The position numbers and the translations under genes are program-made. The notes under the pieces are model-generated. The model did no database searches. It saw only the letters and a program-made list of their open reading frames with translations, and was not told the origin of the DNA. Positions 28,379 through 38,230 of a DNA stretch of 64,000 bases are shown here, one piece after another. Numbering within the stretch: the first letter of the stretch is position 1; every line of letters begins with the position of its first letter. This DNA is from Myxococcota bacterium. Lineage in GTDB: Bacteria; UBA10199; JADFYH01. The stretch spans positions 2,016 to 66,015 of the forward strand of contig JBPOIC010000009.1 of assembly GCA_052034865.1 (NCBI GenBank). The letters are read 5' to 3'.

Positions 28379-29435
28379 TTGGGATCCGTTCAGTAAGGGT
28401 GGATGGAGAAGAGCCGTAGGTGTGAGAGTCGTGTGGATCAAAAAGAAGATTTTCTTTTTTCAGCAGGGCTTCGATCTCGGGTACTGAAAGCCAGATTGAG
28501 TTGGTATTACTGGCATAGGTGAAATCCTCATCGCATTTTATGGCATGATAGCCATTGTCTGCGACGTAATGGTTTTGATCCCACCATTGAAAAGGAGGTT
28601 GGATAATGTAGAAATCTGAAAATTCGAGTGCGTTGCGGGCATCTTCCTGCGGAATCATAACCTCATGGAGTTTTTCACCAGGTCGAATACCGGTGGTTTC
28701 CCACTTGCATTCTGGGGCAATCGCTTTAGCCACATCTACAATATAAGCACTGGGAATTTTTGGAACAAAAATCTCACCTCCCTGCATAAGCCCGAGGCAC
28801 CGGATTACAAAGTCGACTCCATCGGTAAGTGTAATCAGAAAGCGGGTCATCCGAAGATCGGTAAGAGGTAGGATACCGCTGTTTCGTTTTCTTAAGAAAA
28901 GGGGAACGACACTGCCTCGGCTTCCCACCACGTTCCCGTAGCGTACGACCGAAAAACGTGTCGGACGACCTCCAGCGAGATGATTGGCAGAGATAAAAAG
29001 CTTGTCGGAGCATAGTTTTGTCGCTCCGTAAAGATTGATGGGATTGGCAGCTTTATCTGTCGAGAGGGCAATCACTTTCGAGACGCCGCAATCGATCGCT
29101 GCAGAGATGATATTATATGCGCCGATAATATTCGTTCGGACGGCTTCAAAAGGATTGTATTCAATCGCTGGAACCTGCTTGAGGGCCGCTGCATGGATGA
29201 CGATATCAACTCCATACAGGGCGCGTCGCAATCGATCGAGATCCCGAACATCCCCTATAAAATAGCGCAGGCAGGGATGGTCGAAGCGCTCATGCATCAT
29301 CGACTGCTTTAATTCATCCCGGCTGAAAATGATAATGCGCTGGGGTTCAAACCGTCTCAGAATCGTTTCGACACATTTTTGTCCAAAAGATCCCGTCCCA
29401 CCCGTGATCAGAATTGTTTTCCCATTCAGATTCAT
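28344..29435 (-). CDS. pseB: UDP-N-acetylglucosamine 4,6-dehydratase (inverting) PseB/FlaA1
   Basis: MNLNGKTILITGGTGSFGQKCV Rossmann motif, YGATKLCSDKLF catalytic YxxxK. 363 aa. First gene of the operon. Confidence 0.9.
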   Translation of the reverse strand: MNLNGKTILITGGTGSFGQKCVETILRRFEPQRIIIFSRDELKQSMMHERFDHPCLRYFIGDVRDLDRLRRALYGVDIVIHAAALKQVPAIEYNPFEAVRTNIIGAYNIISAAIDCGVSKVIALSTDKAANPINLYGATKLCSDKLFISANHLAGGRPTRFSVVRYGNVVGSRGSVVPLFLRKRNSGILPLTDLRMTRFLITLTDGVDFVIRCLGLMQGGEIFVPKIPSAYIVDVAKAIAPECKWETTGIRPGEKLHEVMIPQEDARNALEFSDFYIIQPPFQWWDQNHYVADNGYHAIKCDEDFTYASNTNSIWLSVPEIEALLKKENLLFDPHDSHTYGSSPSTLTERIPNAGYPLQSATH

Positions 29436-29747
29436 AAAATCTCTCCTTATTGAAGGTGTGCGATTCGGGTTTGCTCTATATTAAGCAAGACAGATGCCAG
29501 CTTTTCGAAAGAAACATGAAAGGGCGTTAACGATTTGAATCTGTGCATTAAATCCGCATTTTTAGCTTTTTAACTGTGTTTCACCTCAAGGTTGGATGGG
29601 GAAAATTTTTCCCATTTACCTACTTCTCCACACGGGTCTTTCCTGCCTGAAGATAAGGTAATATTTTCCTGAATGAACTTCCCTCCTGTTGCTTCCTTTT
29701 TTGTTAACTTGCCGGAATTTATGTGCCTTTCAAAAAAACTCTCCTGC

Positions 29748-29763
29748 AGGAACGCAAATTGCT
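29748..29763 (+). promoter_or_regulatory. Sigma-54 (-24/-12) promoter upstream of flgB
   Basis: aGGaAC-gcaaa-TTGCt matches TGGCAC-N5-TTGCW at 10 of 12 positions with exact spacing. About 25 nt upstream of the flgB start. Confidence 0.5.
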
Positions 29764-29788
29764 TATGTCTTAAACCAAAGATTCAGTC

Positions 29789-30184
29789 ATGGAGGATATG
29801 ATGAGCGATTTTGATCGGGTGGTAAATCTTGCAAGAGAAGTTCTAGGAGTGCGGGTGACAGATCATGCCCTGCACTCATCGAATATTGCGAATGCCGATA
29901 CGCCCAACTATCTCGCAAAAATTTCTTCTTTTGAAGCACGTCTTAGACAGGTCCAAAAAGACATAAATTCGCCCGAACTTGATTTTCGCTCCTCTGATGA
30001 GTGGGATGTGAAAATGAAGCTAGCACAATCGAAGGCTTCCACAAACCTAAAAGGAAACAATGTTCAACTTGATCAGGAAACGGCAGCAATGTCTGAAAAT
30101 GCATTGAACTATCTATCTACGATGAAGATCCTGTCGAAAACCATCGCGATTGAAAAATACGCCATTACGTCCGGAAATAGCTAA
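29789..30184 (+). CDS. flgB: Flagellar proximal rod protein FlgB
   Basis: HALHSSNIANADTPNYL motif. 131 aa. The start may be one of the two downstream ATGs that follow an embedded GGAGGA. Confidence 0.8.
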   Translation: MEDMMSDFDRVVNLAREVLGVRVTDHALHSSNIANADTPNYLAKISSFEARLRQVQKDINSPELDFRSSDEWDVKMKLAQSKASTNLKGNNVQLDQETAAMSENALNYLSTMKILSKTIAIEKYAITSGNS

Positions 30185-30208
30185 ACAGAGTTACCTTAAG
30201 GAGAAGGT

Positions 30209-30646
30209 ATGAGTCTGATTTCAAGCTTCGATTTGAGTGCCACTGGGATGAGCCTTCAGCGCAGACGTGTGGATATTGCGGCCGAGAATCTGGCCAATAT
30301 CAATTCAACTGAGACCTCGGATGGAGGCCCTTACCGCCGCAAGGAGGCCATTATCAGCAGTACGGCCCTTCCTTTTGAAGCAAGTCTCAATCACTACGTG
30401 CACAAAAGAAGCATTCAAATGCCTAAAATTGCTGCGGTGGAAAAAAGTAAAGATCCCCCGATCAAGATTTACGATCCACAACATCCGCATGCTGATGAAA
30501 AAGGTTTTGTAGCGATGCCTAACATTTCATCCACCCAGGAGATGGTCAACTTAATGACGGCTTCCATCGCTTATGAGGCGAACATGAGTGCTTTCAATGA
30601 GGCCAAAACGATGGTGATGCGAACACTGGAGATGGGAGGAATCTAA
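30209..30646 (+). CDS. flgC: Flagellar proximal rod protein FlgC
   Basis: LSATGMSLQRRRVDIAAENLANINST and C-terminal SNISSTQEMVNLMTASIAYEANMSAF. Confidence 0.85.
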   Translation: MSLISSFDLSATGMSLQRRRVDIAAENLANINSTETSDGGPYRRKEAIISSTALPFEASLNHYVHKRSIQMPKIAAVEKSKDPPIKIYDPQHPHADEKGFVAMPNISSTQEMVNLMTASIAYEANMSAFNEAKTMVMRTLEMGGI

Positions 30647-30649
30647 TCC

Positions 30650-30958
30650 ATGGCGATTGATCGCATATCCGGTTTCAATCCCTCTGGTCTTTTTCTTGAG
30701 AAAAGTCCTGAGATTTCATCGGGAAAAAAGGTGGAAGAGACAGGGTTTAAGGATGCCCTGGTGAAGGAAGTGAAATCTGTCAATGAGAACATGTTGAAGA
30801 CACAGCAGATGTCGCAGGACTTCATGCTCGGGAACCGTCAGGATCTCCATGAAGTCATGATTGCTCTGGATAAAACCGATCTGGAATTCCGTTTAATGAC
30901 TCAGGTTCGAAACAAGGCGCTAGATGCCTATAACGAAATCATGAGGATGCAGGTATAA
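30650..30958 (+). CDS. fliE: Flagellar hook-basal body protein FliE
   Basis: 102 aa. C-terminal LHEVMIALDKTDLEFRLMTQVRNKALDAYNEIMRMQV. Confidence 0.75.
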   Translation: MAIDRISGFNPSGLFLEKSPEISSGKKVEETGFKDALVKEVKSVNENMLKTQQMSQDFMLGNRQDLHEVMIALDKTDLEFRLMTQVRNKALDAYNEIMRMQV

Positions 30959-30960
30959 CC

Positions 30961-32445
30961 ATGGGATCCTGGTTCCAACAATTAAAAGAAATGATCGAGA
31001 GCCTTTCTTTGGCGAGAAAGATCTCGATTCTTGTGCTGCTGTTTCTCTCCGTTTCAGCAATTGGCTATTTGGCCACCCTTTCAGGCAAGGTGGCTTATGA
31101 GCCTTTGTTTACCAATCTGAACTCTGAAGACATGGGATCGATCATCAGCAGGCTGGATAAACAGGGAACTGCTTACCGAGTCGATCAAATCCAGCGCACA
31201 GTTCTGGTGCCGGCAACCGATGTATTAAAAATCAGGATCAAAATGGCAGAAGAAGGCCTGCCCCGATTTGGTGGCGTGGGTTTTGAAATTTTTGACAAAA
31301 ACAGTTTTGGAAAATCTGAATTTGAACAGCGGGTGAGTTTTCAGCGGGCTCTCGAAGGAGAACTCACGCGTACCATTCTCAGCTTAAGAGAAATTGAAAA
31401 AGCCAGGGTCCACCTGGTGCTGCCGGAAAAATCCGTTTTTTCAGAAAGCCAGCAACCCGCGCGGGCGTCCGTGATTTTAAAGCTGGGACGAAATGGTGTT
31501 TTGCCAGAATCAACAGTATCGGCAATCAGCCATCTGGTCTCAAGCGCCGTGGAAGGCCTCGACCCGAATCACATCACCATTGTGGATAGCGAAGGCCATT
31601 TGTTGAGCTCCGGTGAGGGGGACCCTTCTTTGGTTGCGGGAGGACAGGCCCTGAATCAGAAAATCCAGATAGAAAAATCCCTCGAAAACCGGATTGTCGA
31701 GTTGCTCACACCCATAGTCGGTATGGGAAAAGTCATTACCCAGGTGAGTGCCGATATTGATTTTACGCGATCTGAAACAACCGAAGAAATTTTCGATCCC
31801 ACCAAAACTGCTGTTGCGCAGGAATCCAAGACCAAAGCCAAAAAATCAGAAGGAAGTGCCGGAGGAGAAAATGCGGCTGCGGCAGGGGTGTCATCCAACG
31901 ATAGTGAAGACACCGAGCAGACGCGCTATGAAGTCAGTAAAACCACACGCAGACAGGTCAGCCCCATGGGAGCCGTCAAGGGACTGTCCATCGCCATACT
32001 GGTCGACGGGATCTATGAAGATAAGAATGGAAAGATGGAATATGCGCCCCGACCGGCAGAAGATCTGACGCGGATGGAAGAATTGGTCAAAAGTGCTGTT
32101 GGTTATTCCACTCAGCGTGGGGATCAGATCAAGATTACCAATCTTGCCTTTCAGTCTCCTGAAAACCAGCTCAGGAGTGAAGAAGCCTGGTACATGAAAA
32201 AATCTACCTATGCCTTTATCACTGCAGTTGTTGCAAATGTACTGATCGTTTTGGTGATTGCGCTGATCTTCATCTTTGTCATCAGGCCACTGATGGCCAG
32301 CTGGAATGGAGTCCGCCAGAAACGTCTATCGGGTCCGAGAAGTGCAGGAGCTCTCGATAGTGGACAGGCGCCTATGGAAATTGGGGAGCTGGTAAAAATT
32401 AATCCGGAAGCCGCAGCGGCGGCGATTCGAAAGTGGCTGGAATAA
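30961..32445 (+). CDS. fliF: Flagellar MS-ring protein FliF
   Basis: N-terminal TM, YscJ/FliF periplasmic domains, second TM near the C-terminus (AFITAVVANVLIVLVIALIFIFVI). 494 aa. Confidence 0.8.
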   Translation: MGSWFQQLKEMIESLSLARKISILVLLFLSVSAIGYLATLSGKVAYEPLFTNLNSEDMGSIISRLDKQGTAYRVDQIQRTVLVPATDVLKIRIKMAEEGLPRFGGVGFEIFDKNSFGKSEFEQRVSFQRALEGELTRTILSLREIEKARVHLVLPEKSVFSESQQPARASVILKLGRNGVLPESTVSAISHLVSSAVEGLDPNHITIVDSEGHLLSSGEGDPSLVAGGQALNQKIQIEKSLENRIVELLTPIVGMGKVITQVSADIDFTRSETTEEIFDPTKTAVAQESKTKAKKSEGSAGGENAAAAGVSSNDSEDTEQTRYEVSKTTRRQVSPMGAVKGLSIAILVDGIYEDKNGKMEYAPRPAEDLTRMEELVKSAVGYSTQRGDQIKITNLAFQSPENQLRSEEAWYMKKSTYAFITAVVANVLIVLVIALIFIFVIRPLMASWNGVRQKRLSGPRSAGALDSGQAPMEIGELVKINPEAAAAAIRKWLE

Positions 32446-32460
32446 AAATCAAGGAGAAGT

Positions 32461-33552
32461 ATGCCTGCAGCACAGACAGCGCCCTCGGCGCTTAAAAATA
32501 TCGAGAAGGCAGCCATGATCCTTTTATCACTGGATCAGCAGTCTGCCGGAGAGGTTCTTAATTTTCTGAAGGATGATGAGATTCAGAGGATAGGTTCCGC
32601 GCTATTGCATCTTCAGAAAGTTCCCACACAAAATCTAAGTACGGTACTCGAAGAATTTTCTGAAGGGTTTTCTTCTACACAAAATCAAAAAGCAGATGGA
32701 TCTCCTGCAGAACCAATGGATCTGAATGGTCGAAGCGTTGTTGAAAAAATTTTGCAGAACTCGCTTCCCACAGAACGTGGCAAAAGCATCTGGAAAGGAA
32801 TTGGAGAGTTGTCGGAAGAAGCATCCGAAGATCAAAAGTTTGGCCTTAAAAAAATTCTCAAGTCCTTTGAGCCGATGGGGCTGCATCACCTGATCAAGGA
32901 TGAACATCCCCAGCTGATTGCAGTGGTACTAAGCATGGTGGTGCGCAGCAAGGTAAAACTCATTCTGGAAAAATTTGAAGAGCCCGTAAGGATTGAAATC
33001 TATTTGCGGATGGCACAGCTGGAGAAAATTTCATCACGAACGATCGAAGATCTGAAAGAATTTTTCCAGTCCAAATTGCAATCGGGCGCTGAAGCCCCTG
33101 TTGTAGAGGAGGCGGGTCAGGCAGAAGATGTGGAACTTGCCGGAATTGATGAAACTGTCCTGGTACTTAAAACCATTCCTCGAGCAGATTCTACCCGCAT
33201 CATCGAAGATATCGCAAAGATCAGTCCTGAGCTTGCTCAGGAAATTGAGAAAAGAATGTTTACCATGGAAGATCTTGAACGTGCCGATGATGCAGGTATT
33301 CGTGAGCTTCTTAGATCCGTACGTCAGGAAGATCTTAAAATTGCATTAAAGAATGTGTCGGAAAATTTACAGACCAAATTTTTAAAAAACATGTCCGAGC
33401 GCGCATCTCTCATTCTGAAGGAAGATATGGAGGCTATGGCGCCTGTCAAAGTGGAAGAAGTGGAAGCCGCTCAGAACAATATCCTTCAGGCAGCGAAAGA
33501 TCTGATCAAGGAAGATAAACTGAAACTCGCAGAACTGACGGATGAAGAATAA
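32461..33552 (+). CDS. fliG: Flagellar motor switch protein FliG
   Basis: AAMILLSLDQQSAGEVLNFLKDDEIQRI N-terminus and the charged C-terminal torque helix region. 363 aa. Confidence 0.85.
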   Translation: MPAAQTAPSALKNIEKAAMILLSLDQQSAGEVLNFLKDDEIQRIGSALLHLQKVPTQNLSTVLEEFSEGFSSTQNQKADGSPAEPMDLNGRSVVEKILQNSLPTERGKSIWKGIGELSEEASEDQKFGLKKILKSFEPMGLHHLIKDEHPQLIAVVLSMVVRSKVKLILEKFEEPVRIEIYLRMAQLEKISSRTIEDLKEFFQSKLQSGAEAPVVEEAGQAEDVELAGIDETVLVLKTIPRADSTRIIEDIAKISPELAQEIEKRMFTMEDLERADDAGIRELLRSVRQEDLKIALKNVSENLQTKFLKNMSERASLILKEDMEAMAPVKVEEVEAAQNNILQAAKDLIKEDKLKLAELTDEE

Positions 33553-33564
33553 GGACAACGAATC

Positions 33565-34272
33565 ATGCCTTCTTTTCAGGAAACAGCGATGACCCCCGCA
33601 CGGCCTCTCAAACAGGGATTGAAGGCCACCTATCAGGGAATGGATCTGCGCGCCCTGGTTGCCGTTCGGGAAACCCCTCCCGTTTCAGAGAAGCCAGCGG
33701 AGATTTTACAGCAGGAAGAAGACCAGAAAAAAATCCAGGCATCTCTGGAAGAGCAGAAAAAAAACTTACTCGTTCTTCAGGAGGCGGTACTTCAGCTCAA
33801 GGAAGAAAATCAGAAATGGAAAGAAGATGCAGCCAAGGAAGTCACCGAAATCCTTTTTGTGATGGTGGGAGAAATTCTGAAAAGTGAGTTTTCAAAGAAA
33901 ACCGAAAAGGTTCAGGAAGAAATTCGTAGCCTCATCGAAGAGACATCCCGGGAAGAAGGCCGAACCCTTTTGTTGAATCCTGAGGATTACCAGGCTCTAG
34001 AGCAGGCAGGACACGAAAATTTTCTCAAATGGATTGCAGAGCTTCATGTCACGGTTCTGAAAGAAGCCACCGTGATGCGGGGAGCTTGCCGGATTCAGAC
34101 CCCCACACGGCGATTTGAAGCCGATCCCTACAAAAGGGTGGATTGGATCAAAAACCGGATTTTTTCAAAAGTCGATTTTTCGGCTGTAGCAATGGATGAG
34201 GATTCCTATCGTCCCGAAACATTTAATAATCCCATTTCTGAGGATAACGTGCATGGCAATCCCGCTGTCTAA
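33565..34272 (+). CDS. fliH: Flagellar export protein FliH
   Basis: E/K-rich coiled-coil N-terminus and FliH-like C-terminal domain. Position before fliI. Confidence 0.6.
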   Translation: MPSFQETAMTPARPLKQGLKATYQGMDLRALVAVRETPPVSEKPAEILQQEEDQKKIQASLEEQKKNLLVLQEAVLQLKEENQKWKEDAAKEVTEILFVMVGEILKSEFSKKTEKVQEEIRSLIEETSREEGRTLLLNPEDYQALEQAGHENFLKWIAELHVTVLKEATVMRGACRIQTPTRRFEADPYKRVDWIKNRIFSKVDFSAVAMDEDSYRPETFNNPISEDNVHGNPAV

Positions 34273-35584
34273 AGAGGCGATCCGAATTGCCTTACAGGAG
34301 TCTCCAAGAATTTTTGTTACAGGTCAGGTGACAAAAGTTCTGGGACTGATCATCGAAGGCAGCCTGCCTGGAATCCCGGTAGGAGCGATGTGCCGTATTC
34401 GCTCGCAGGATGGGCGAAGCTCGATTCCGGCAGAAGTTATCGGACTCAAGGGACACCATGTCGTTTTGATGCCGATCGGTACAACAAATGGGATTCGAAT
34501 TGGCGACGAGATTGAACCGATGAGTCCTGAAGCAACTGTAAGAGTGAGTGAGGATTTGCTGGGGAGAATTCTCGATGGCTGTGGAAATCCCATCGATGGT
34601 CGATTGAGTATTCTGGAAGGAGTGGAAAAACCTCTTTACAATTTTTCTTCTTCGCCAGTGACACGCAAGCTTGTGAATGAACCTTTGGGGCTCGGAGTAA
34701 GATCGATAGATGGTTTTATGACCTGCGGGATTGGCATGCGCATGATGATTATGGCGGGTTCTGGCGTAGGAAAAAGTACCCTGCTGGGAATGATTGCGCG
34801 CTCTACTCAGGCTGATATCAATGTGATCGGACTCATTGGCGAACGGGGTCGCGAGGTTCGCGAGTTCATCGACAAAAATCTGGGAGCAGAAGGTCTGAAA
34901 CATTCAGTCCTGGTGATCGCTACTTCTGACAGCCCTGCGCTGGTCCGCATGCGTGCAGCTTTTGTGACCACAACCATTGCAGAGTATTTTCGAGATCAGG
35001 GCTTAAAAGTACTGCTGATGATGGATTCCCTCACGCGGTTTGCCATGGCTTCGCGTGAAGTGGGTCTTGCACTCGGAGAACCTCCGACCGTGAAAGGGTA
35101 CACGCCCTCTCTTTTCAGCGCCCTTCCAAGACTCCTCGAACGGGTGGGAACCACGGATGGAGCCGGAAGTATTACAGGCTTATACACTGTCCTGATGGAA
35201 GCGGATGATCTTCAGGATCCTGTGGTGGATACGGTTCGCTCGATTGTCGATGGACATATTGTTCTGAACCGCAAACTGGCCAATGAAGGTTTTTATCCTC
35301 CGATTGATGTTTTGCAGAGCCTGTCCCGTGTGATGTCTCATGTCGCCTCCCATGACCATCAAAAAACAATGCAGCAGCTCAGGCGCTATATGGCGCTCTA
35401 TGAAGAGATGTCTGATTACATCAAGATGGGCCTCTATGCGCCAGGGAAGAACCCCGAGCTCGATATTGCTTTGCAGAAAATTGAATCTATCAAGAAATTT
35501 CTACGTCAGGATGTTCACGAAAAAACTTCATATCCTGAAACTGTTGGCTGGATGTCCAAAATAGCCTGGGAGAAAAGCCTGTGA
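34253..35584 (+). CDS. fliI: Flagellum-specific ATPase FliI
   Basis: Walker A GSGVGKSTLLGMI, Walker B LLMMDSLTRFAMA. Start at the internal ATG (MAIPLSK) overlapping the fliH end. Confidence 0.9.
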   Translation: MAIPLSKEAIRIALQESPRIFVTGQVTKVLGLIIEGSLPGIPVGAMCRIRSQDGRSSIPAEVIGLKGHHVVLMPIGTTNGIRIGDEIEPMSPEATVRVSEDLLGRILDGCGNPIDGRLSILEGVEKPLYNFSSSPVTRKLVNEPLGLGVRSIDGFMTCGIGMRMMIMAGSGVGKSTLLGMIARSTQADINVIGLIGERGREVREFIDKNLGAEGLKHSVLVIATSDSPALVRMRAAFVTTTIAEYFRDQGLKVLLMMDSLTRFAMASREVGLALGEPPTVKGYTPSLFSALPRLLERVGTTDGAGSITGLYTVLMEADDLQDPVVDTVRSIVDGHIVLNRKLANEGFYPPIDVLQSLSRVMSHVASHDHQKTMQQLRRYMALYEEMSDYIKMGLYAPGKNPELDIALQKIESIKKFLRQDVHEKTSYPETVGWMSKIAWEKSL

Positions 35585-36036
35585 AAAAATTCAGATTTCG
35601 ACTGGAGGCCCTCTATCGCTTTCGTCGTGAGATGGAGCGCCAAGCCCTTCAGGAACTTGAAGGCGTAAAAATGGAGGAGCTTAAGTTGAGAGAAACCCTG
35701 CTTCAGTTGCAGGGTGAACAGCGGGAGTGGTCGGATGCCTACAACAGCTCGGCATCGAGTAATAAGAAAGACTGGATATTGTGGATCGAAAAATACCTGG
35801 TTGATCTTGAAAAAAAACACGCCGCTCTCGAGCAAGAGCTTGTAAAAGTGCGAGAGCGTTTGAGGGTTGTCTTGAAAAAAGTCGAAGAGAGTTATCGCTC
35901 ACGCAGGCAAGTCGAAATCATGAAAGAAAAAGAGTTCACGCTGTTTTGTGAGATGATTCGGAAAAAAGAGCAGAATGATTCTGCCGAGCTTGGCCTGTTG
36001 AGATTTACCAATGTTTCCGGAATTTCGACACAATGA
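35581..36036 (+). CDS. fliJ: Flagellar export chaperone FliJ
   Basis: 151 aa coiled-coil (MKKFRFRLEALYRFRREMERQALQEL). GTG start overlapping the fliI stop (GTGA). Confidence 0.6.
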   Translation: MKKFRFRLEALYRFRREMERQALQELEGVKMEELKLRETLLQLQGEQREWSDAYNSSASSNKKDWILWIEKYLVDLEKKHAALEQELVKVRERLRVVLKKVEESYRSRRQVEIMKEKEFTLFCEMIRKKEQNDSAELGLLRFTNVSGISTQ

Positions 36037-36731
36037 CAAAAAAAGAGAAAGCAGGTTCAGGAGCACTCCTGAAAACTCTGAAGCCTATTAATGATGTTCC
36101 AGTTCAGAATATGAAACACGGGAAAACCATCCAGATAATTGGCCTGCTTTTTACCCTCGCCCTGACTGCAAGGACAGCCTTTACGGAGCCTGCTGCCGAA
36201 TCTTTACCGCAGGCAGTCAATGCCTCTGCAGAGTCCCAAAATGAGGGGCTTGCCGAATCAAAGCCCATACGACACATCTCTGCGGATCTTCAGTTTTTAT
36301 ATGAGACTACTCAAAACGATCCATTAAAAACGGATTTGGTGATCGATGAGCAGTACCCCTGGATTGATTTAAAGCGCGAGATTGAAAGAAGACGACGCGA
36401 GGGGAAAACACGTGAAAGTCTTCAGGATCTTCAAAGAGGGCTGGATGAGAAAATAAAGCAGATGGCTCAGGTTGAGGAAACCTTATCCAAAAAGATTAAG
36501 AAAAATACCCAGACCAACGAAAACTTTCTTTATCTGGTTAAGCTTTACGAATCCATGAGCCCCGAAAAGGTATCGGAGCTTTTAAGGCAGATGCCTCTAC
36601 AGGTTTCTGTCGAGATTCTTAAAAAGATGAATATGAAAAAATCAAGTCAGGTGCTGGCTGTAATGGAAGAAAAAATGGCCGGTGAGATGAGCCGTCGGCT
36701 GATGCAACCTGAAGCGGTTAACAAAAACTGA
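36033..36731 (+). CDS. Flagellar operon protein with an MgtE-N-like domain (YlxF/MotE/FlbB-like)
   Basis: Signal-like N-terminus. C-terminal LYLVKLYESMSPEKVSELLRQMPLQVSVEILKKMNMKKSSQVLAVMEE resembles the MgtE N-terminal domain. Same position as Bacillus ylxF between fliJ and fliK. Confidence 0.45.
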   Translation: MTKKEKAGSGALLKTLKPINDVPVQNMKHGKTIQIIGLLFTLALTARTAFTEPAAESLPQAVNASAESQNEGLAESKPIRHISADLQFLYETTQNDPLKTDLVIDEQYPWIDLKREIERRRREGKTRESLQDLQRGLDEKIKQMAQVEETLSKKIKKNTQTNENFLYLVKLYESMSPEKVSELLRQMPLQVSVEILKKMNMKKSSQVLAVMEEKMAGEMSRRLMQPEAVNKN

Positions 36732-36743
36732 CAGGAGGATAAT

Positions 36744-38168
36744 ATGGCTTTGGAAACGACCCAGGTACGTTCAAATGCAGCAGATTTTTTAAAATCAACT
36801 CCTGTGGATCAGGAGTTCAGGATGCGTGCAGGAAATAAACACGATGATTTTGATCAGATGGTTCAGTCTCATCTGAAATCACGCCCATCTTCCTCTTCTG
36901 AAAAATCGGAAAAGGCGTCCCGAACAACACAACCTCAAAGAAGAGAAAAAACAGAGAACACAGATAAAAATGAAGCAACCCGGGAAAGTAAAAAAAAGGA
37001 AGAAGTGTCAGAGGATGAAAAAAGGGAATTGTCCGAAGATGAAAAAAATGAAGTGTCTGATTCTGAGCGCAAGACCGAAGCCCGGAGAGAAGAAGAAAAG
37101 CCGGAGGAGGCTGACGCTTCTGCCGATCTGAATGAATCCGAAAATTCGAATCAGACATCCCTCAAATCCTTGCGCTTGACTCCTGAGCAATTCCAAATCG
37201 AGATTTCCGCATTGGAAATAAAATCAGTTTCGCCCTCTTTCCAGGACCTGGAGCTGCCATCAGATAGCAATAAACTCCTAGAACTTACTGACCAGGAAAT
37301 TGGGATCGAGAGCCCCAAGCATGAACGCTTTTTCCGAATGGACAGCAAAGATGATAAACCAAGCCAAATCTCTTCTTCGGAGATTTTTGCGAACTCTTCC
37401 GAGATATCAAACCTACACACACAAACCCCAGACACTATTCAGCAAAAAACCTCCGCTTTGACAGATCTGATACAGAAGACAGATGGAAAACAGGTATTGG
37501 ATCCAGTCCGACCCTGGAATCTGCAGGAGGGCACGGCATTCCAGTCTAATAAAAATTCTCTTGAAGAACTTCATCTTTCATTTCCTGGAAGAGGGATGGA
37601 AAAACGACGGGCTGGGCTCAATGAAATTCCGACTCTGCCTAGTACTTTCAACCCAAGAGCGGAAGGGCTTCAGGGCGCTCAAAAAGAGAGTCTTGGAATT
37701 TCCCGTTCCAGTGAATCCGGATGGACTGCATTGACCGCTGATCAGATTCAAAGCCTGAATCAGCAGGTGTTGGAAGGACTTCAAAGTCTTAAAACAAAAG
37801 ATGGATCTGTGGTGGAGATTCAGCTCAGTCCTCCCGAGTGGGGACGAATTCATGTTCAGCTTTCGATGGGAAAAGAAGACGTCAAGCTTTCGATGATGGT
37901 GGAAAATGAAGCTGTGAAAAAAAATCTGGAGCAATCCGCTTCGGAGATCAAACACATTCTTTCCCAGCAGGGTCTTGGTGGAGCTCAGGTTCATGTCGGT
38001 CTCAATCAAAACCCCACACGTGATTCAGGTTCTCAGGATCGGGAAGAGAGAGAAAACTCGGATCGGTTGGCTCGTGTTGCAGCGTCTTCAAGAAAACAGG
38101 CTCCCGCAGTCGATCCACGCTCGAGATGGCAGGACTGGCGCTCTTCGGTGGTCGATCGGCGCATTTAA
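36744..38168 (+). CDS. fliK: Flagellar hook-length control protein FliK
   Basis: Long disordered E/K/S-rich N-terminal part and a conserved C-terminal Flg_hook domain (PPEWGRIHVQLSMGKEDVKLSMMVENEAVKKNLEQS...LGGAQVHVG). Confidence 0.7.
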   Translation: MALETTQVRSNAADFLKSTPVDQEFRMRAGNKHDDFDQMVQSHLKSRPSSSSEKSEKASRTTQPQRREKTENTDKNEATRESKKKEEVSEDEKRELSEDEKNEVSDSERKTEARREEEKPEEADASADLNESENSNQTSLKSLRLTPEQFQIEISALEIKSVSPSFQDLELPSDSNKLLELTDQEIGIESPKHERFFRMDSKDDKPSQISSSEIFANSSEISNLHTQTPDTIQQKTSALTDLIQKTDGKQVLDPVRPWNLQEGTAFQSNKNSLEELHLSFPGRGMEKRRAGLNEIPTLPSTFNPRAEGLQGAQKESLGISRSSESGWTALTADQIQSLNQQVLEGLQSLKTKDGSVVEIQLSPPEWGRIHVQLSMGKEDVKLSMMVENEAVKKNLEQSASEIKHILSQQGLGGAQVHVGLNQNPTRDSGSQDREERENSDRLARVAASSRKQAPAVDPRSRWQDWRSSVVDRRI

Positions 38169-38230
38169 AAGCCCGTGAAACACATTCGAACCGTGTGGAT
38201 GTGATCTTTCATCCAGAAAGTGAGGAAAAG

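Noticed and set aside
27161-28441. Long track ORFs implying 60-100 nt gene overlaps (pseC 426 aa, pseI 377 aa, flgI 398 aa, fliI 462 aa, flgD, flgM, flhA, the TPR ORF at 51948)
   Set aside because: Internal ATGs give N-termini that match the family consensus (for example MQDIPYSRQ for PseC and a signal peptide for FlgI) and reduce overlaps to ATGA-type coupling. The track uses the most upstream start, including GTG/TTG.
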